A stretch of DNA of 32,900 nt from Bdellovibrionota bacterium (GTDB lineage: Bacteria; Bdellovibrionota_B; Oligoflexia; Silvanigrellales; Silvanigrellaceae). Location: assembly GCA_040386785.1 (NCBI GenBank), contig JAZKEW010000128.1, forward strand, positions 11,152 through 44,051, in the 5' to 3' direction. Positions 9,950 to 19,700 of the stretch are shown piece by piece (within the stretch, counting starts at the first letter, position 1; each line of letters opens with the position of its first letter). A model generated the notes under the pieces. The model had not been told where the DNA came from and searched no databases. It worked only from the letters and a program-made list of their open reading frames with translations. A program made the translations under genes and the position numbers.

Positions 9950-10692
9950 TTCTGAATTGTACTGTGAACCTCAGTCGTTGCGGAGGGCTCCTCTGTTTCT
10001 GCCGCTGAATTCTGCACTGGCGGAACGTCCGTCATCTCGGGTGAAGAAGGAGCCTGAGGCGCTACTTTTTCAATTACATTCGTAGATACATCCTTAAATT
10101 TCAATGCTTTTGGCTTAAAATAAATTTCTGACCCCACAACCAATCTATCTGGATTTTTAATTTGTGGATTTTCTTTCCAAAGCACTCGCCAATTTCCAGC
10201 ATTCCCAAATATTGTTTGCGATACACCACTCAGCGTATCTCCTCTTTTCACAACTATTTTTGCACGCGGAGCATTTTCGTAAACCTCAGCGAAGGCCTTG
10301 CTAGCAGGAGCAAGTTCAAAGTGAATAAAGTCGCCGGCATAAATTTGGTTTGGATCTTTTAAATTATTCATCACTGCTAATTTTTTCCAAGCCGACGATG
10401 TTCCATATATTTTTTTAGAAATTTTAGATAAGTTATCTCCACTTTGCACATAATAGTACATGGTAATATTTTTATTTTCAGGAGGCACAGGCCCCTCCAC
10501 GATGTCCTTTGGCGGAGAAAGTGACTCCATAGAGGTATTTATTTGTTGCATACTATCTTGTAGAGCTTTAGCTTCGTTCTCGACGGGTGTTGGCTCTTGC
10601 ATATCTGCATCCTGTGTTGAATTACAGCCAAACAAGCTGAGAAGAAGAACAGCAAGAAATATAACTGAAATTTTTTTTAAAATGGATTTCAT
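9946..10692 (-). CDS. Lipoprotein with two LysM peptidoglycan-binding domains
   Basis: Lipobox LFGC; two LysM repeats (YYVQSGDNLSKIS...NNLKDPNQIYAG and VVKRGDTLSGVS...NPQIKNPDRLVVG); its stop overlaps the ribF stop (TTAA, 9946-9949). Confidence 0.9.
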   Translation of the reverse strand: MKSILKKISVIFLAVLLLSLFGCNSTQDADMQEPTPVENEAKALQDSMQQINTSMESLSPPKDIVEGPVPPENKNITMYYYVQSGDNLSKISKKIYGTSSAWKKLAVMNNLKDPNQIYAGDFIHFELAPASKAFAEVYENAPRAKIVVKRGDTLSGVSQTIFGNAGNWRVLWKENPQIKNPDRLVVGSEIYFKPKALKFKDVSTNVIEKVAPQAPSSPEMTDVPPVQNSAAETEEPSATTEVHSTIQN

Positions 10693-10792
10693 GATTTTCT
10701 ACCTTTTTTGCTAATGGTTCTTCATTATGAAATAAAAATGTTTGACCAAGATAGAACAACTATTGCATGGTAAAATTTTTCTGAGGTTAAAA

Positions 10793-11878
10793 ATGACTAC
10801 AACTTTCAATCACATCACAGTTCTAAAAAAAGAAACTATAGATAATTTATTCCCATCTGAAAGTTTGCTGAGCTGTCTCAAGAATAAAAATGAAAAAGAG
10901 TTGTTTTTTTTAGACGCCACCCTCGGCGGAGCTGGCCATGCTCTTTATTTAATAGATTCCTTTGCGCAAAGAGAAGAGCTAAAAAATTATCAATTAAATC
11001 TAATTGCTATAGATAGAGATCTTGAAGCTATTCAATATGCCGAAAATTTATTAAACGCTAAAAAAAATGAATTTCAAAATTTTAATTTTAAAATTTTTCA
11101 CGATAATTTTATGAATTCTCAAGATCTTTTATCTGCACACTTTCCTGGGCAAAAATTTCATGGTGTTTATGCAGACCTTGGCGTAAGTTCTCCGCAGTTA
11201 GACAAAAGCGATCGAGGTTTTTCTTTTTTGCAAGAAGGTCCGGTGGACATGCGTATGGACTGCACGCAAACGCTAACAGCCAAAGACGTCCTTCTCACCT
11301 ACTCAGAAAAAGAGCTCGTCAAAATATTTTTTGATTATGGCGAGGAACCAAAATCCAAGAAACTCGCCCAATGTATAGTTATGGATAGGTCAAAAGGCCT
11401 TCTTCCGGTAAATAATATAAAGGAGCTCGCCGCATACATGAAACGAGTGCTTGCTTACCCATCAAATAGCAGAAGCCATCCTGCAACTCGAGCATTTCAA
11501 GCTCTGCGAATTGAGGTTAATAGCGAATTGGAATCCATAGAAACTTTACTGAACAGTATTCCACAATTTGTGCATGATTTTGGCAAGGCGGCCTTCATTT
11601 CTTTTCATTCTCTCGAAGACAGGCTTGTCAAACGGGCTATGCGCAACTGGCAAAGCGGAAAAATGGCAAAAGAAAAAGCGGAAAAACAAAATGATTTTAA
11701 TTTACCCTTGCATATTCAACTTTGTTTATATGACAATAGGAAAGCAACATTTGGAAAAGAAACTCCGCGGGGGGGAATAATTCCAACTGAGGCTGAAATC
11801 GCGAATAACTCGCGCTCACGCTCTGCTCGTTTACGTTGTTTTGAATTTCATCGCACATCGGAGAACTCCAATGTTTAG
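10793..11878 (+). CDS. rsmH: 16S rRNA m4C1402 methyltransferase
   Basis: HITVL, DATLGGAGH, DLGVSSPQLD..RGFSF, FQALRIEVN, ISFHSLEDR and RSARLR motifs; start at ATG 10793 after GAGG. Confidence 0.97.
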   Translation: MTTTFNHITVLKKETIDNLFPSESLLSCLKNKNEKELFFLDATLGGAGHALYLIDSFAQREELKNYQLNLIAIDRDLEAIQYAENLLNAKKNEFQNFNFKIFHDNFMNSQDLLSAHFPGQKFHGVYADLGVSSPQLDKSDRGFSFLQEGPVDMRMDCTQTLTAKDVLLTYSEKELVKIFFDYGEEPKSKKLAQCIVMDRSKGLLPVNNIKELAAYMKRVLAYPSNSRSHPATRAFQALRIEVNSELESIETLLNSIPQFVHDFGKAAFISFHSLEDRLVKRAMRNWQSGKMAKEKAEKQNDFNLPLHIQLCLYDNRKATFGKETPRGGIIPTEAEIANNSRSRSARLRCFEFHRTSENSNV

Positions 11879-12158
11879 GCTTTTAAAAAAAATTGACATT
11901 ATGCTTGTCATCATTTTTTTTACAATATGTGTTGGTGTGCTCGTTATTACAATGCATTCAAAAACTTATTCTATTGGCTACGAAATTGCATCACTAAAAA
12001 ATAAAGAACGACAGCTGCGGCAACGGCAAATTGAATTGCAATCCGATCTCGCCTCTACAAGACGCATGGTGCGCGATAGATTACTTGCAGAACAAGATAA
12101 ATTTGGAAAACCAAAATATATTTTACCCGATCAAAAACACGTCCTAAGAGAAAATTAA
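11871..12158 (+). CDS. ftsL: Probable cell division protein FtsL
   Basis: Lies between rsmH and ftsI; single TM helix followed by a leucine-zipper coiled coil (IGYEIASLKNKERQLRQRQIELQSDLASTR); ATG 11871 follows GGAG. Confidence 0.75.
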   Translation: MFRLLKKIDIMLVIIFFTICVGVLVITMHSKTYSIGYEIASLKNKERQLRQRQIELQSDLASTRRMVRDRLLAEQDKFGKPKYILPDQKHVLREN

Positions 12159-12159
12159 A

Positions 12160-13971
12160 ATGGTTGTTCGGAATTTTTTTGAAGATATTTTTCATAGGGC
12201 TGTAGATTATTTTACTCCTTATAAAATTAAATCTGTGCCCAACCTTAATGCTCGCGCTTATGCCATAGCGGGTGTCTTTAGCGCAATGCTTGTTTGTATT
12301 TTAATACGATACGCTTGGCTTTCTTTTTTTCCTACTGCAATTCGCACAAGACTTGTTGATACTGGATCAAGACAATTTGAATCTGTTGTGACCTTAATGC
12401 AACCAAGAGCAACTATAAGTGACAGAAATGGCTCACCACTTGCCGTAAGTGTTCCCAGCACAAGTATTTTTATTTTGACAAAACGTATGCCAAAGGACAG
12501 AGAAACTATTGAAAAAATTTCAAAGCAACTCAATGTTTCCTTTAATTACCTTATGCAAATTAAAAAAGAAAAACATAATTTTGTGTGGTTAAAACGCCAA
12601 TTAACTTCTATTGAATTAAGCAAACTAGGGACGCTTAAAAGGTGGCAAAATTTCATTGGCACTGTTGATGAACCAAAACGTATCTACCCTGAAAAGGACA
12701 TTGCTGCACAACTCATAGGTTTTGTTGGAGCCGATGGCAATGGGTTAGAAGGACTCGAAAAAATATACAATTCACGCCTAAATTCAAAACCGACAAAAGC
12801 AGAAGTCATGCGGGATGCACGTGGTAATTTTGTGATGGTCACACCAAATGATGCTTCAAAACCAGCACAAGATGCAGCAAATTTAAAACTATCTATAGAT
12901 TTAACCATTCAACAAATTACACAAAATGCATTAAAGGCCGGTGTTTTGAGAGCAAAAGCCAAGGGAGGAAGCGCACTTGTCATGGATGTTAAAAGTGGCG
13001 AATTATTAGCAATCGCAAGTTATCCAACTTACGACTTAAATAATCCGCCAGAAAATGATCCTGAAGCGCGTCGTTTTCGCCCAATTATGGACGCCATTGA
13101 GCTTGGTTCCGTAGTGAAACCCATGTGGATTGCCAAAGCGCTTGATTTAGGACTTATCACACCACAAACAAAAATTTGGGCTGAAAATGGCCAACTTGCA
13201 CTACGGGGAGGGGTTATTCACGATACCCATCCACACCAATGGCTTACTCCCGAAGAAATTCTCAAGGTGAGCAGTAATATTGGCTCATACAAAGTTGTGT
13301 CAAAAATGGGGCGCACTGAATTTTACAAAGCTCTCATGCAAATTGGTTTTGGGCGCTTTCCTGGCACAGGGCTTCCGGGAGAGTGGGGTGGGCGCATTCG
13401 CAAGCCGCAACGGTGGCATGACATTGATTTTGCAAATATGGCATTCGGACAAGGCTTTGCTATCTCTCCGTTACAACTTTTACATGGACTTTCCATTATT
13501 GTTGGCGGTGGTGTAGACCATGGCGTGAATTTACTAAAAGTCGACCCCTTACAACAGGACGACACCGTTGGGCCGCCTCTTCGTTATATTAGTGCAAAGA
13601 CCAGCAAAACTGTGGCAAACATGATGGTAGCCGTGGTGGAAGAAGATGGTGGCTCTGGTGGTGTACATGCTCGTATTCCTGGGGTTCTGGTGGCAGGTAA
13701 AACGGGGACCGCGCAAATTTGGAATAAAGATGAGCGTTCTTATTCTGGCCGGACGCCTGTATTTGAAGGAATTATTCCGGCCAATGACCCTAAGCTCGCT
13801 ATTGTAGTGGTTATTGACAGGGCAGGTGTGCGGCCCGCGCAAGGGGGGCCTATTTCTGGGCCGGTGTTTGCAGAAATTGGTCGAAAGACTGTGGATTATC
13901 TAAATTCGAGGGGAATTTACAATATGGTTCCATACCAGAACCAGTATTTGAAGGCTGTGAGCAAAAAATAA
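12160..13971 (+). CDS. ftsI: Peptidoglycan D,D-transpeptidase FtsI (PBP3)
   Basis: RATISDRNG, RIYP and GLEGLE dimerisation-domain motifs; SxxK (SVVK), SxN (SSN) and KTGT; dcw position. Confidence 0.95.
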   Translation: MVVRNFFEDIFHRAVDYFTPYKIKSVPNLNARAYAIAGVFSAMLVCILIRYAWLSFFPTAIRTRLVDTGSRQFESVVTLMQPRATISDRNGSPLAVSVPSTSIFILTKRMPKDRETIEKISKQLNVSFNYLMQIKKEKHNFVWLKRQLTSIELSKLGTLKRWQNFIGTVDEPKRIYPEKDIAAQLIGFVGADGNGLEGLEKIYNSRLNSKPTKAEVMRDARGNFVMVTPNDASKPAQDAANLKLSIDLTIQQITQNALKAGVLRAKAKGGSALVMDVKSGELLAIASYPTYDLNNPPENDPEARRFRPIMDAIELGSVVKPMWIAKALDLGLITPQTKIWAENGQLALRGGVIHDTHPHQWLTPEEILKVSSNIGSYKVVSKMGRTEFYKALMQIGFGRFPGTGLPGEWGGRIRKPQRWHDIDFANMAFGQGFAISPLQLLHGLSIIVGGGVDHGVNLLKVDPLQQDDTVGPPLRYISAKTSKTVANMMVAVVEEDGGSGGVHARIPGVLVAGKTGTAQIWNKDERSYSGRTPVFEGIIPANDPKLAIVVVIDRAGVRPAQGGPISGPVFAEIGRKTVDYLNSRGIYNMVPYQNQYLKAVSKK

Positions 13972-13979
13972 AAAACTTT

Positions 13980-14022
13980 TTGACTGCATAGTCTTATTCA
14001 TGTACACTTGATATGTACATGA
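13980..14022 (+). promoter_or_regulatory. Sigma70-like promoter with palindromic operator for the antitoxin-MazF-kinase operon
   Basis: TTGACT (13980-13985), 17 nt, TACACT (14003-14008); perfect inverted repeat TCATGTACA-N7-TGTACATGA (13998-14022) covers the -10. Confidence 0.75.
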
Positions 14023-14049
14023 TTTAAGGCCTCAAAAAAGGAGAAGGTT

Positions 14050-14271
14050 ATGTCAGTGAAAAAAATTCGAACTGAAATACATGATGCCAAAGATGGCAAG
14101 CTCAATGTTTTAATATCTAGCGGCTTTTATAAAAACAAAACAGAGGCTGTTAATACTGCAATAGAAATGCTTTTCATGCACCATTTAAAACAAGAAAACG
14201 AGCGTTCAGCTCTAGAACAAGCAAATTTGTACGACAATGAAATGATTTCTGTCCAAGGAATTCATAAATGA
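14050..14271 (+). CDS. Putative ribbon-helix-helix antitoxin
   Basis: 73 aa; N-terminal beta strand then LNVLISSGFYKNKTEAVNTAI (CopG/Arc-like G.Y.N.SE.VR.A pattern); acidic C-terminus; ATGA overlap with the toxin; AGGAG SD. Confidence 0.7.
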   Translation: MSVKKIRTEIHDAKDGKLNVLISSGFYKNKTEAVNTAIEMLFMHHLKQENERSALEQANLYDNEMISVQGIHK

Positions 14272-14624
14272 GACAATGGGATATTTACTGTGTAAATCAA
14301 CCAGAATCTCGCCATTCAACGCAACCTAAACAGCCTGGGGACCCCTCAGACAAGAATCGTTATTACATTATTATTTCCAATGATTATCATCTTGCATACG
14401 GAGGCAATCCGACGGTTATTCCAATAGGCACTAGGTGTATTAACCGAGTAATGCACCTCAAAGTTCCAAAAGCAAAAGAAAGCGGACTTCACCACGACTC
14501 TTATGCTTGGTGCAATGAGATATACACAGTACCTAAGAAATTTCTTATTAAAAAAATTGGCCTTGTTCCTGCAGAAAATATTGAAAATATAAAAAACGCT
14601 CTGCAAGCTTATTTAAATTTTTAA
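14268..14624 (+). CDS. PemK/MazF-family endoribonuclease toxin (divergent)
   Basis: MRQWDIY..., KNRYYIIISND, VIPIGT, SGL..DSYAWCNEIYTV.K..L.KKIG and ..IKNAL..YL follow the PemK/MazF pattern. Confidence 0.85.
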   Translation: MRQWDIYCVNQPESRHSTQPKQPGDPSDKNRYYIIISNDYHLAYGGNPTVIPIGTRCINRVMHLKVPKAKESGLHHDSYAWCNEIYTVPKKFLIKKIGLVPAENIENIKNALQAYLNF

Positions 14625-14644
14625 TAAACACCATAGGAGGACTG

Positions 14645-15169
14645 ATGAAAATAGTTTTTATTTCAGGAGACGGTCATGGCGCAGGCAAAACCTATTTAGC
14701 ACGCAAATTTACCAATGGCAGCCACCAAATATTTTCAATTGCAAATACCATCCGTTTTGAAATATCTCAAAAATATAAAAATTATGCTTGGTATAACAAA
14801 TCACCCGAATATAAAGACAACACGATTGTAAAAGAAACAAATAAAACAATTCGAGAAATGCTTGATGAATTTGGTCGTAACAAAAAAGCAAAGAAAAAAT
14901 TATACTGGGCAATTGCTCTTGCCAATTCACTTATTTATGCAAAAGAAAACGATAAATTAGATATTGTGGTTATTGACGACTTACGTTTTGTAGATGAAAT
15001 GCGTTACATTAAAGACCGTTTTCCTCATGATACTTCTTGTCATTTTCATGTTATAAACCCAAAAGCCGTTCCTGAACCGCATTATGAAAATGAGAGACTT
15101 AGAAAGCTGGCGGATTATTTTGTGAGTGCGAATAGGAGTCTGGAGGGTGAGGAATCCGCGGTAGCATGA
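14645..15169 (+). CDS. P-loop nucleoside-monophosphate-kinase-like protein (phage dNMP kinase / phosphomevalonate kinase-like)
   Basis: N-terminal ISGDGHGAGKT P-loop, SIANTIR, TIREMLDEFG..YW and VVIDDLRFVDE motifs; strong AGGAGG SD; 20 nt after the toxin stop. Confidence 0.7.
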   Translation: MKIVFISGDGHGAGKTYLARKFTNGSHQIFSIANTIRFEISQKYKNYAWYNKSPEYKDNTIVKETNKTIREMLDEFGRNKKAKKKLYWAIALANSLIYAKENDKLDIVVIDDLRFVDEMRYIKDRFPHDTSCHFHVINPKAVPEPHYENERLRKLADYFVSANRSLEGEESAVA

Positions 15170-15205
15170 TAATTCATGCGATAATTTGAATCAAAAATAT
15201 GCAAT

Positions 15206-16075
15206 TTATGTGACATAAATTTTATTTATTTGATTATATAAATCTCCTATTAAGTAAGTTAGAAAATCCCATAAATTTTCCTGTTCAATTGTTTTTTTTA
15301 TTTGGGATACTGATAGAAATCTCTCCATTTCTTTCTTAAATTCTAACTTTAATTCAATATTTTTTATCAACATCTGTTTTCGTTCGTAAAATAAATTTAA
15401 GAAATATTCCATTGTATAATTTCGATCTCGAACCTTATGAGAGATAAATTCAAATCTTGGTTTTATTCCTTGACCATGAAGCCATACTATATCCCATAAA
15501 TCTCGATATTTAATTCGGTTTGGCCTAAATGCAAATGCAATTAATTTATCTGCATAAATTTCTTCACGACTTTGAGCTTGTACGATAAGCCCACTAGTTC
15601 CCATATCAACACCGTATGCATTTAATAACATCATAGGACGTTTTTCATAGGAAGGTACAGCGCAGATATCTATATTAATACGTTGTGCGGGTAAATTTTT
15701 CTGTTGTGGCCTAGTTTCTATTTTTATTTTCCATGTATCAACATTTTGTTTATCTTTTACAGGCTCGCTGACTTGAACCGAAAGTCCATATTTTTTATTG
15801 AGATTTTCAATTAATATTTTTCCCATTTTAGATAAACTACTCTGCGTAAAATCACTTCCTCCAGTAAAATCCAAATCTTCGCTCAATCTGATTCCACCAT
15901 AACAGCATCGCAAACAAGTGCCTCCTATAAAAGTCAAATTTGCTAATAAATTGTTTGCGCTAAGCACTCGCAATATATCATGATGTAATAATTCTTTTTC
16001 AACAACCACTCTTAATGAAGACAAATTAGGTTGATTTTTTATTGCCTCTGTGACTAATTTATCAAATAAATTCAT
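15206..16075 (-). CDS. AbiEii-family nucleotidyltransferase toxin (type IV TA)
   Basis: FIGGTCLRCCYGGIRLSEDLDF signature; EIYADKLIA and KYRDLWD C-terminal motifs; overlaps the upstream antitoxin. Confidence 0.92.
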   Translation of the reverse strand: MNLFDKLVTEAIKNQPNLSSLRVVVEKELLHHDILRVLSANNLLANLTFIGGTCLRCCYGGIRLSEDLDFTGGSDFTQSSLSKMGKILIENLNKKYGLSVQVSEPVKDKQNVDTWKIKIETRPQQKNLPAQRINIDICAVPSYEKRPMMLLNAYGVDMGTSGLIVQAQSREEIYADKLIAFAFRPNRIKYRDLWDIVWLHGQGIKPRFEFISHKVRDRNYTMEYFLNLFYERKQMLIKNIELKLEFKKEMERFLSVSQIKKTIEQENLWDFLTYLIGDLYNQINKIYVT

Positions 16076-16610
16076 TCGCAGTATCCCAATCTATTAAATC
16101 GCAATTGCGATGTGTTGCTTTCATATCTCGTAATGCTAAAGCCACATTAGCCCGCCATAATTTACAATCAACATCATATTCCAATGATTTCATAACATCG
16201 GTTGGTCTTTGTTTCGTATGAATAAATTCAATAGTACCAAACTCTCCACAGGAAATAATACTACTCCTACCAGAGGACATGATTGAAATAGAATGCATGG
16301 GAATTTGAGAAATAATACCCACGTCACTTAAAATAGTTTCAAGACTGACATAATTAAAATCGTTCGCACGCAAAAGCGCTGCCACATTAAATAATAGCAG
16401 TCCATTTCGAGGAATGGCCCTTCTGTACACGTAAATTCCACGGCACACACGCACTAAATCACCTGCATGTGCTGCTCTGCTAAGTAAAGTTTTAAAAGCT
16501 TTCTCAGACAAGCTAGGAAAAAGTGAACGCATATCTTGTGCGGTAAACAAATGGTGCTCCTTCCCCGCGTTTTGAATAAACCAGTTACACAAATACTTGA
16601 TAGGTTGCAT
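16062..16610 (-). CDS. AbiEi-family antitoxin / transcriptional regulator
   Basis: N-terminal wHTH ending LVRVCRGIY; YVSLETILSDVGIISQIP motif; directly upstream of AbiEii; ATG 16610 is 10 nt from GGAG (GTG 16616 is an alternative). Confidence 0.88.
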   Translation of the reverse strand: MQPIKYLCNWFIQNAGKEHHLFTAQDMRSLFPSLSEKAFKTLLSRAAHAGDLVRVCRGIYVYRRAIPRNGLLLFNVAALLRANDFNYVSLETILSDVGIISQIPMHSISIMSSGRSSIISCGEFGTIEFIHTKQRPTDVMKSLEYDVDCKLWRANVALALRDMKATHRNCDLIDWDTANEFI

Positions 16611-16615
16611 AAACA

Positions 16616-16669
16616 CATCACTCCACGGTAAGTTACACTAATTGTAACTTACCGTGGAGTGATGATCAA
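16616..16669 (-). promoter_or_regulatory. AbiE promoter and 22-bp perfect inverted-repeat operator
   Basis: CATCACTCCACGGTAAGTTACA (16616-16637), 5 nt, TGTAACTTACCGTGGAGTGATG (16643-16664); minus-strand TTGATC-17-TACAAT promoter overlaps the distal arm. Confidence 0.88.
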
Positions 16670-16733
16670 GGAGTCTTATTGTTCATCAAGAATCTCATGA
16701 ACAAGGCGTCAGGAAATCAAGTTTCGGTTTATC

Positions 16734-16761
16734 TTGACTTTTAGTCTGTTTTTGGTAGGGT
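16734..16761 (+). promoter_or_regulatory. Possible sigma70 promoter of the 1061-aa orphan
   Basis: TTGACT-16 nt-TAGGGT with TG extension, followed by an AGGAG SD; an 8-bp inverted repeat TTGTTCAT-N10-ATGAACAA lies upstream at 16679-16704. Confidence 0.4.
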
Positions 16762-16784
16762 TAGCTGGAATAGGAGAATAGAGT

Positions 16785-19700
16785 ATGTCATCACCATTGC
16801 CACTAAGAGCTGCGACAACGGGGCCCGCACTTAAACCAACGCCATCTAAACCAGGCAGTGACCCTGCAATGTCGAGTTCAACAAGCGCCTCGGTCCTGTT
16901 TACTCCAAAGGCTCCAGAGCGTGATGATGCACTTAAAGGTCTTTTTGAAAAAGGAAAAACACCTCCTAGAGATCTCCGTCTCTCTGAACGAAAAAAAATC
17001 TTTAAACTAGTCCAAACTGCACTCAAAAACCTGAAAGATGATAAATACGAGCCCAATAAAGACGTCCATTTGAGAGATAAAGCCGATGAAGCTTTATTCT
17101 TACTTGGAGTTTTAGACAATCTAGTCTCGGCAACGGGTTTTGGTGGTGAATCTCCATCTCATAAAAATGCTGTAGACGATGAAAAAATATCTATAGCTGC
17201 CGACGCTCCACTAAACCAAAAGCCCACAAATAATAGCCCAGATTATGGTTTTGATGTGTTGTATGCAGAAATTTGGACTTTCTACAAAGGTGGTTCGAGC
17301 ACGCTGTTTCAACTTTCAACAAGTGAGGAAGACAAGGCTCTCATAACACGAGCACGTCAGTTGGCAAACAGAGCGCCTGATGACAAAACACCACTCACAG
17401 CGGAGGAACTGTTCTTAGCAACCTACACCAAATTCACTGCAACTTCACCTGCGGTAATATCACTCAAAAATGAAGTTATTGAGCACTACACTGCAGCTGT
17501 TGATCGAGTGTTAGCCCTACTAGATATGCCAGAAGAAAAAGCAATACAACAATCGGATATTCATGCAATTCAAGCACTTATTAAAGATTTTATTGCTGCA
17601 TGCCAGAAAGAAATCAAAGAAAAGCCTAAAATAACTCTGCTTGAAACATCGCCAGAGTTTCAATCTAAAGTAAGTGAGCTAAAGAAACTTAAAGAAGAAC
17701 TGAAAAATGCTCAAACACTGGCTCAGTTTTTACTTGATTTAAAAAACGCACTCTCTACTACTGAAGGTGATAAAAGTCTGTACAAATATGACTCTAAAAA
17801 AATTGACACACTTAAAGCAGGCCTTACTGGGCATTCTGAAATTTTAACTTCTTTAAAAAATCTGACAAAATTCATTAATAATCAACTCACTATTCCTAAA
17901 AATAGTTTGGAGTATTTTTTAGACTCGGGAAATCAAAATCGTTCCACTTCTCCCATCAAGCTCATTCAATGCCAAAATCTTGTAGGAAAAAACTCTGACG
18001 AAGTTTTGGCTGTATACAGGGAAATAATCTCTCAAATCAATCAATTAGTTGGAGAAAACGAAGGAAAAAATGTTCGCTTTGTCTTTTGGTATGGCGACGA
18101 TGAGGGAGCTATTAACGTTCCGGATTATTTAAACTCTCCTGAATTTGTTCATGAGCTTTCAAAAAATGGCTTGGATCTAAGATCTACATTTGCAAAAAAT
18201 TCAGCTCACATCCCAGAAGTGAAAAACGCTGATAGTGGTTTAATTGCTATAGCTTTTTGCATAGCACATATTAAAATTACAAGAGCTGAAGCACACATAG
18301 CAGATCAAAAAATTGTAAAAGAAATGAGAGACGCTGCGCAGGCTCACGCAATAACCTGTGTAAATGAATTCACTGCTGCTGCTTTTGATTCAACAAAAAC
18401 AATGAAGCATGAAACAGCAAGCACAATGAATGAGCTTGTCCTTGATTTAATTGAAAAATGCAGCAAAGAAATTCAAGCAAAAGAAGGAGAAATTCAAAAG
18501 CAAACCACACAATCGGCCTTTGCTAACGCTTTGGAAGTGGATTATTCAAAAAAAATTGATGAATTAACAAAACTCCGAACACAATGGACTCAACTCATAA
18601 GTCTGATTGACTTGTTCACTTATATGTTTAATAAAGATGATCGTAAAACTGCTGATAAAGATGACTACAAATTCCAAGAAAACTTGTGGGCAGGGGTTTC
18701 TCTCGCAAATGGCCACACTACCTCACTGACAGATGAAAAAGATATACGGGGTCTTTTAAAGCAAGTTACTGACTCACTCATTCCTGAGCTATTCTCAGAC
18801 CAAGCAAGCGCAAGGCTTTCGCTTACTCATTTTATGACTACGGTTCGATCAAGTACAACTACACCACCGCAACACGTATTCTTAGTCACCCAGCCTCTGA
18901 GCACTGTTAGCGTAGCTGCCAAAATCATAGACGAGCATACTAAAAATACCTCGATACAATTTGCCTTTGTTATTAGTAACAATGATGGCAATTCGTCCGT
19001 TCCTGATCGGAACTTTTTTGAGTCTCTTAATAACGAGTTGTTGAGCCAAGGTTCACAAATTCAAATACAGCTGAAGGTCGGTATTCCGTCAAACCCCGTG
19101 CAAGAAACCCAGTCTGATGTGAATTCGATTATTAATTGCGTTGATTGGTGCGCAAAGGCCCTCATCGTGAAACAATCTGTACCAAAGCTTGCGAGCTTAG
19201 AAGTAAATGCAGATGCTGATAATAAGTTTGCTATGGAGCGAGTTATTACCACACCTGGGGCTGAGTATGCTCTAGACGATGTTACATATATGTTTGTAAA
19301 TGCTGTAAATTTTGCCAATACTTCTCCATTCAACATTCGCAACAATGGGTTGCGCATGACACAAAATTGCTTAAAAGAATACAAAAAATACCTTCTCGAC
19401 CACTACGGAAGTGAAAGCCTTGAATTAAGAATTTCGCTCATCAGATTAATAGAAAAACTTGCGACCGCATCGGATGCACCCACTTCAGGCTACAAAACAC
19501 TGACTTGTGACATTGAATTTATGAGCGATTTTAATGCTATTTTTGTTTACAATAAGGCTGTTTTCGCTGCTGCTTTTAAACCCGCCCAAGTCCGACCCCA
19601 AACTTCACAAACATTGCCAAAACTTCCTCCAGATCTTCCTACGGTGAATGGACCAAGCGCTCCGTCATGGTCGTCGCAAGCTCCTCTCGGTGGCAGTGGC

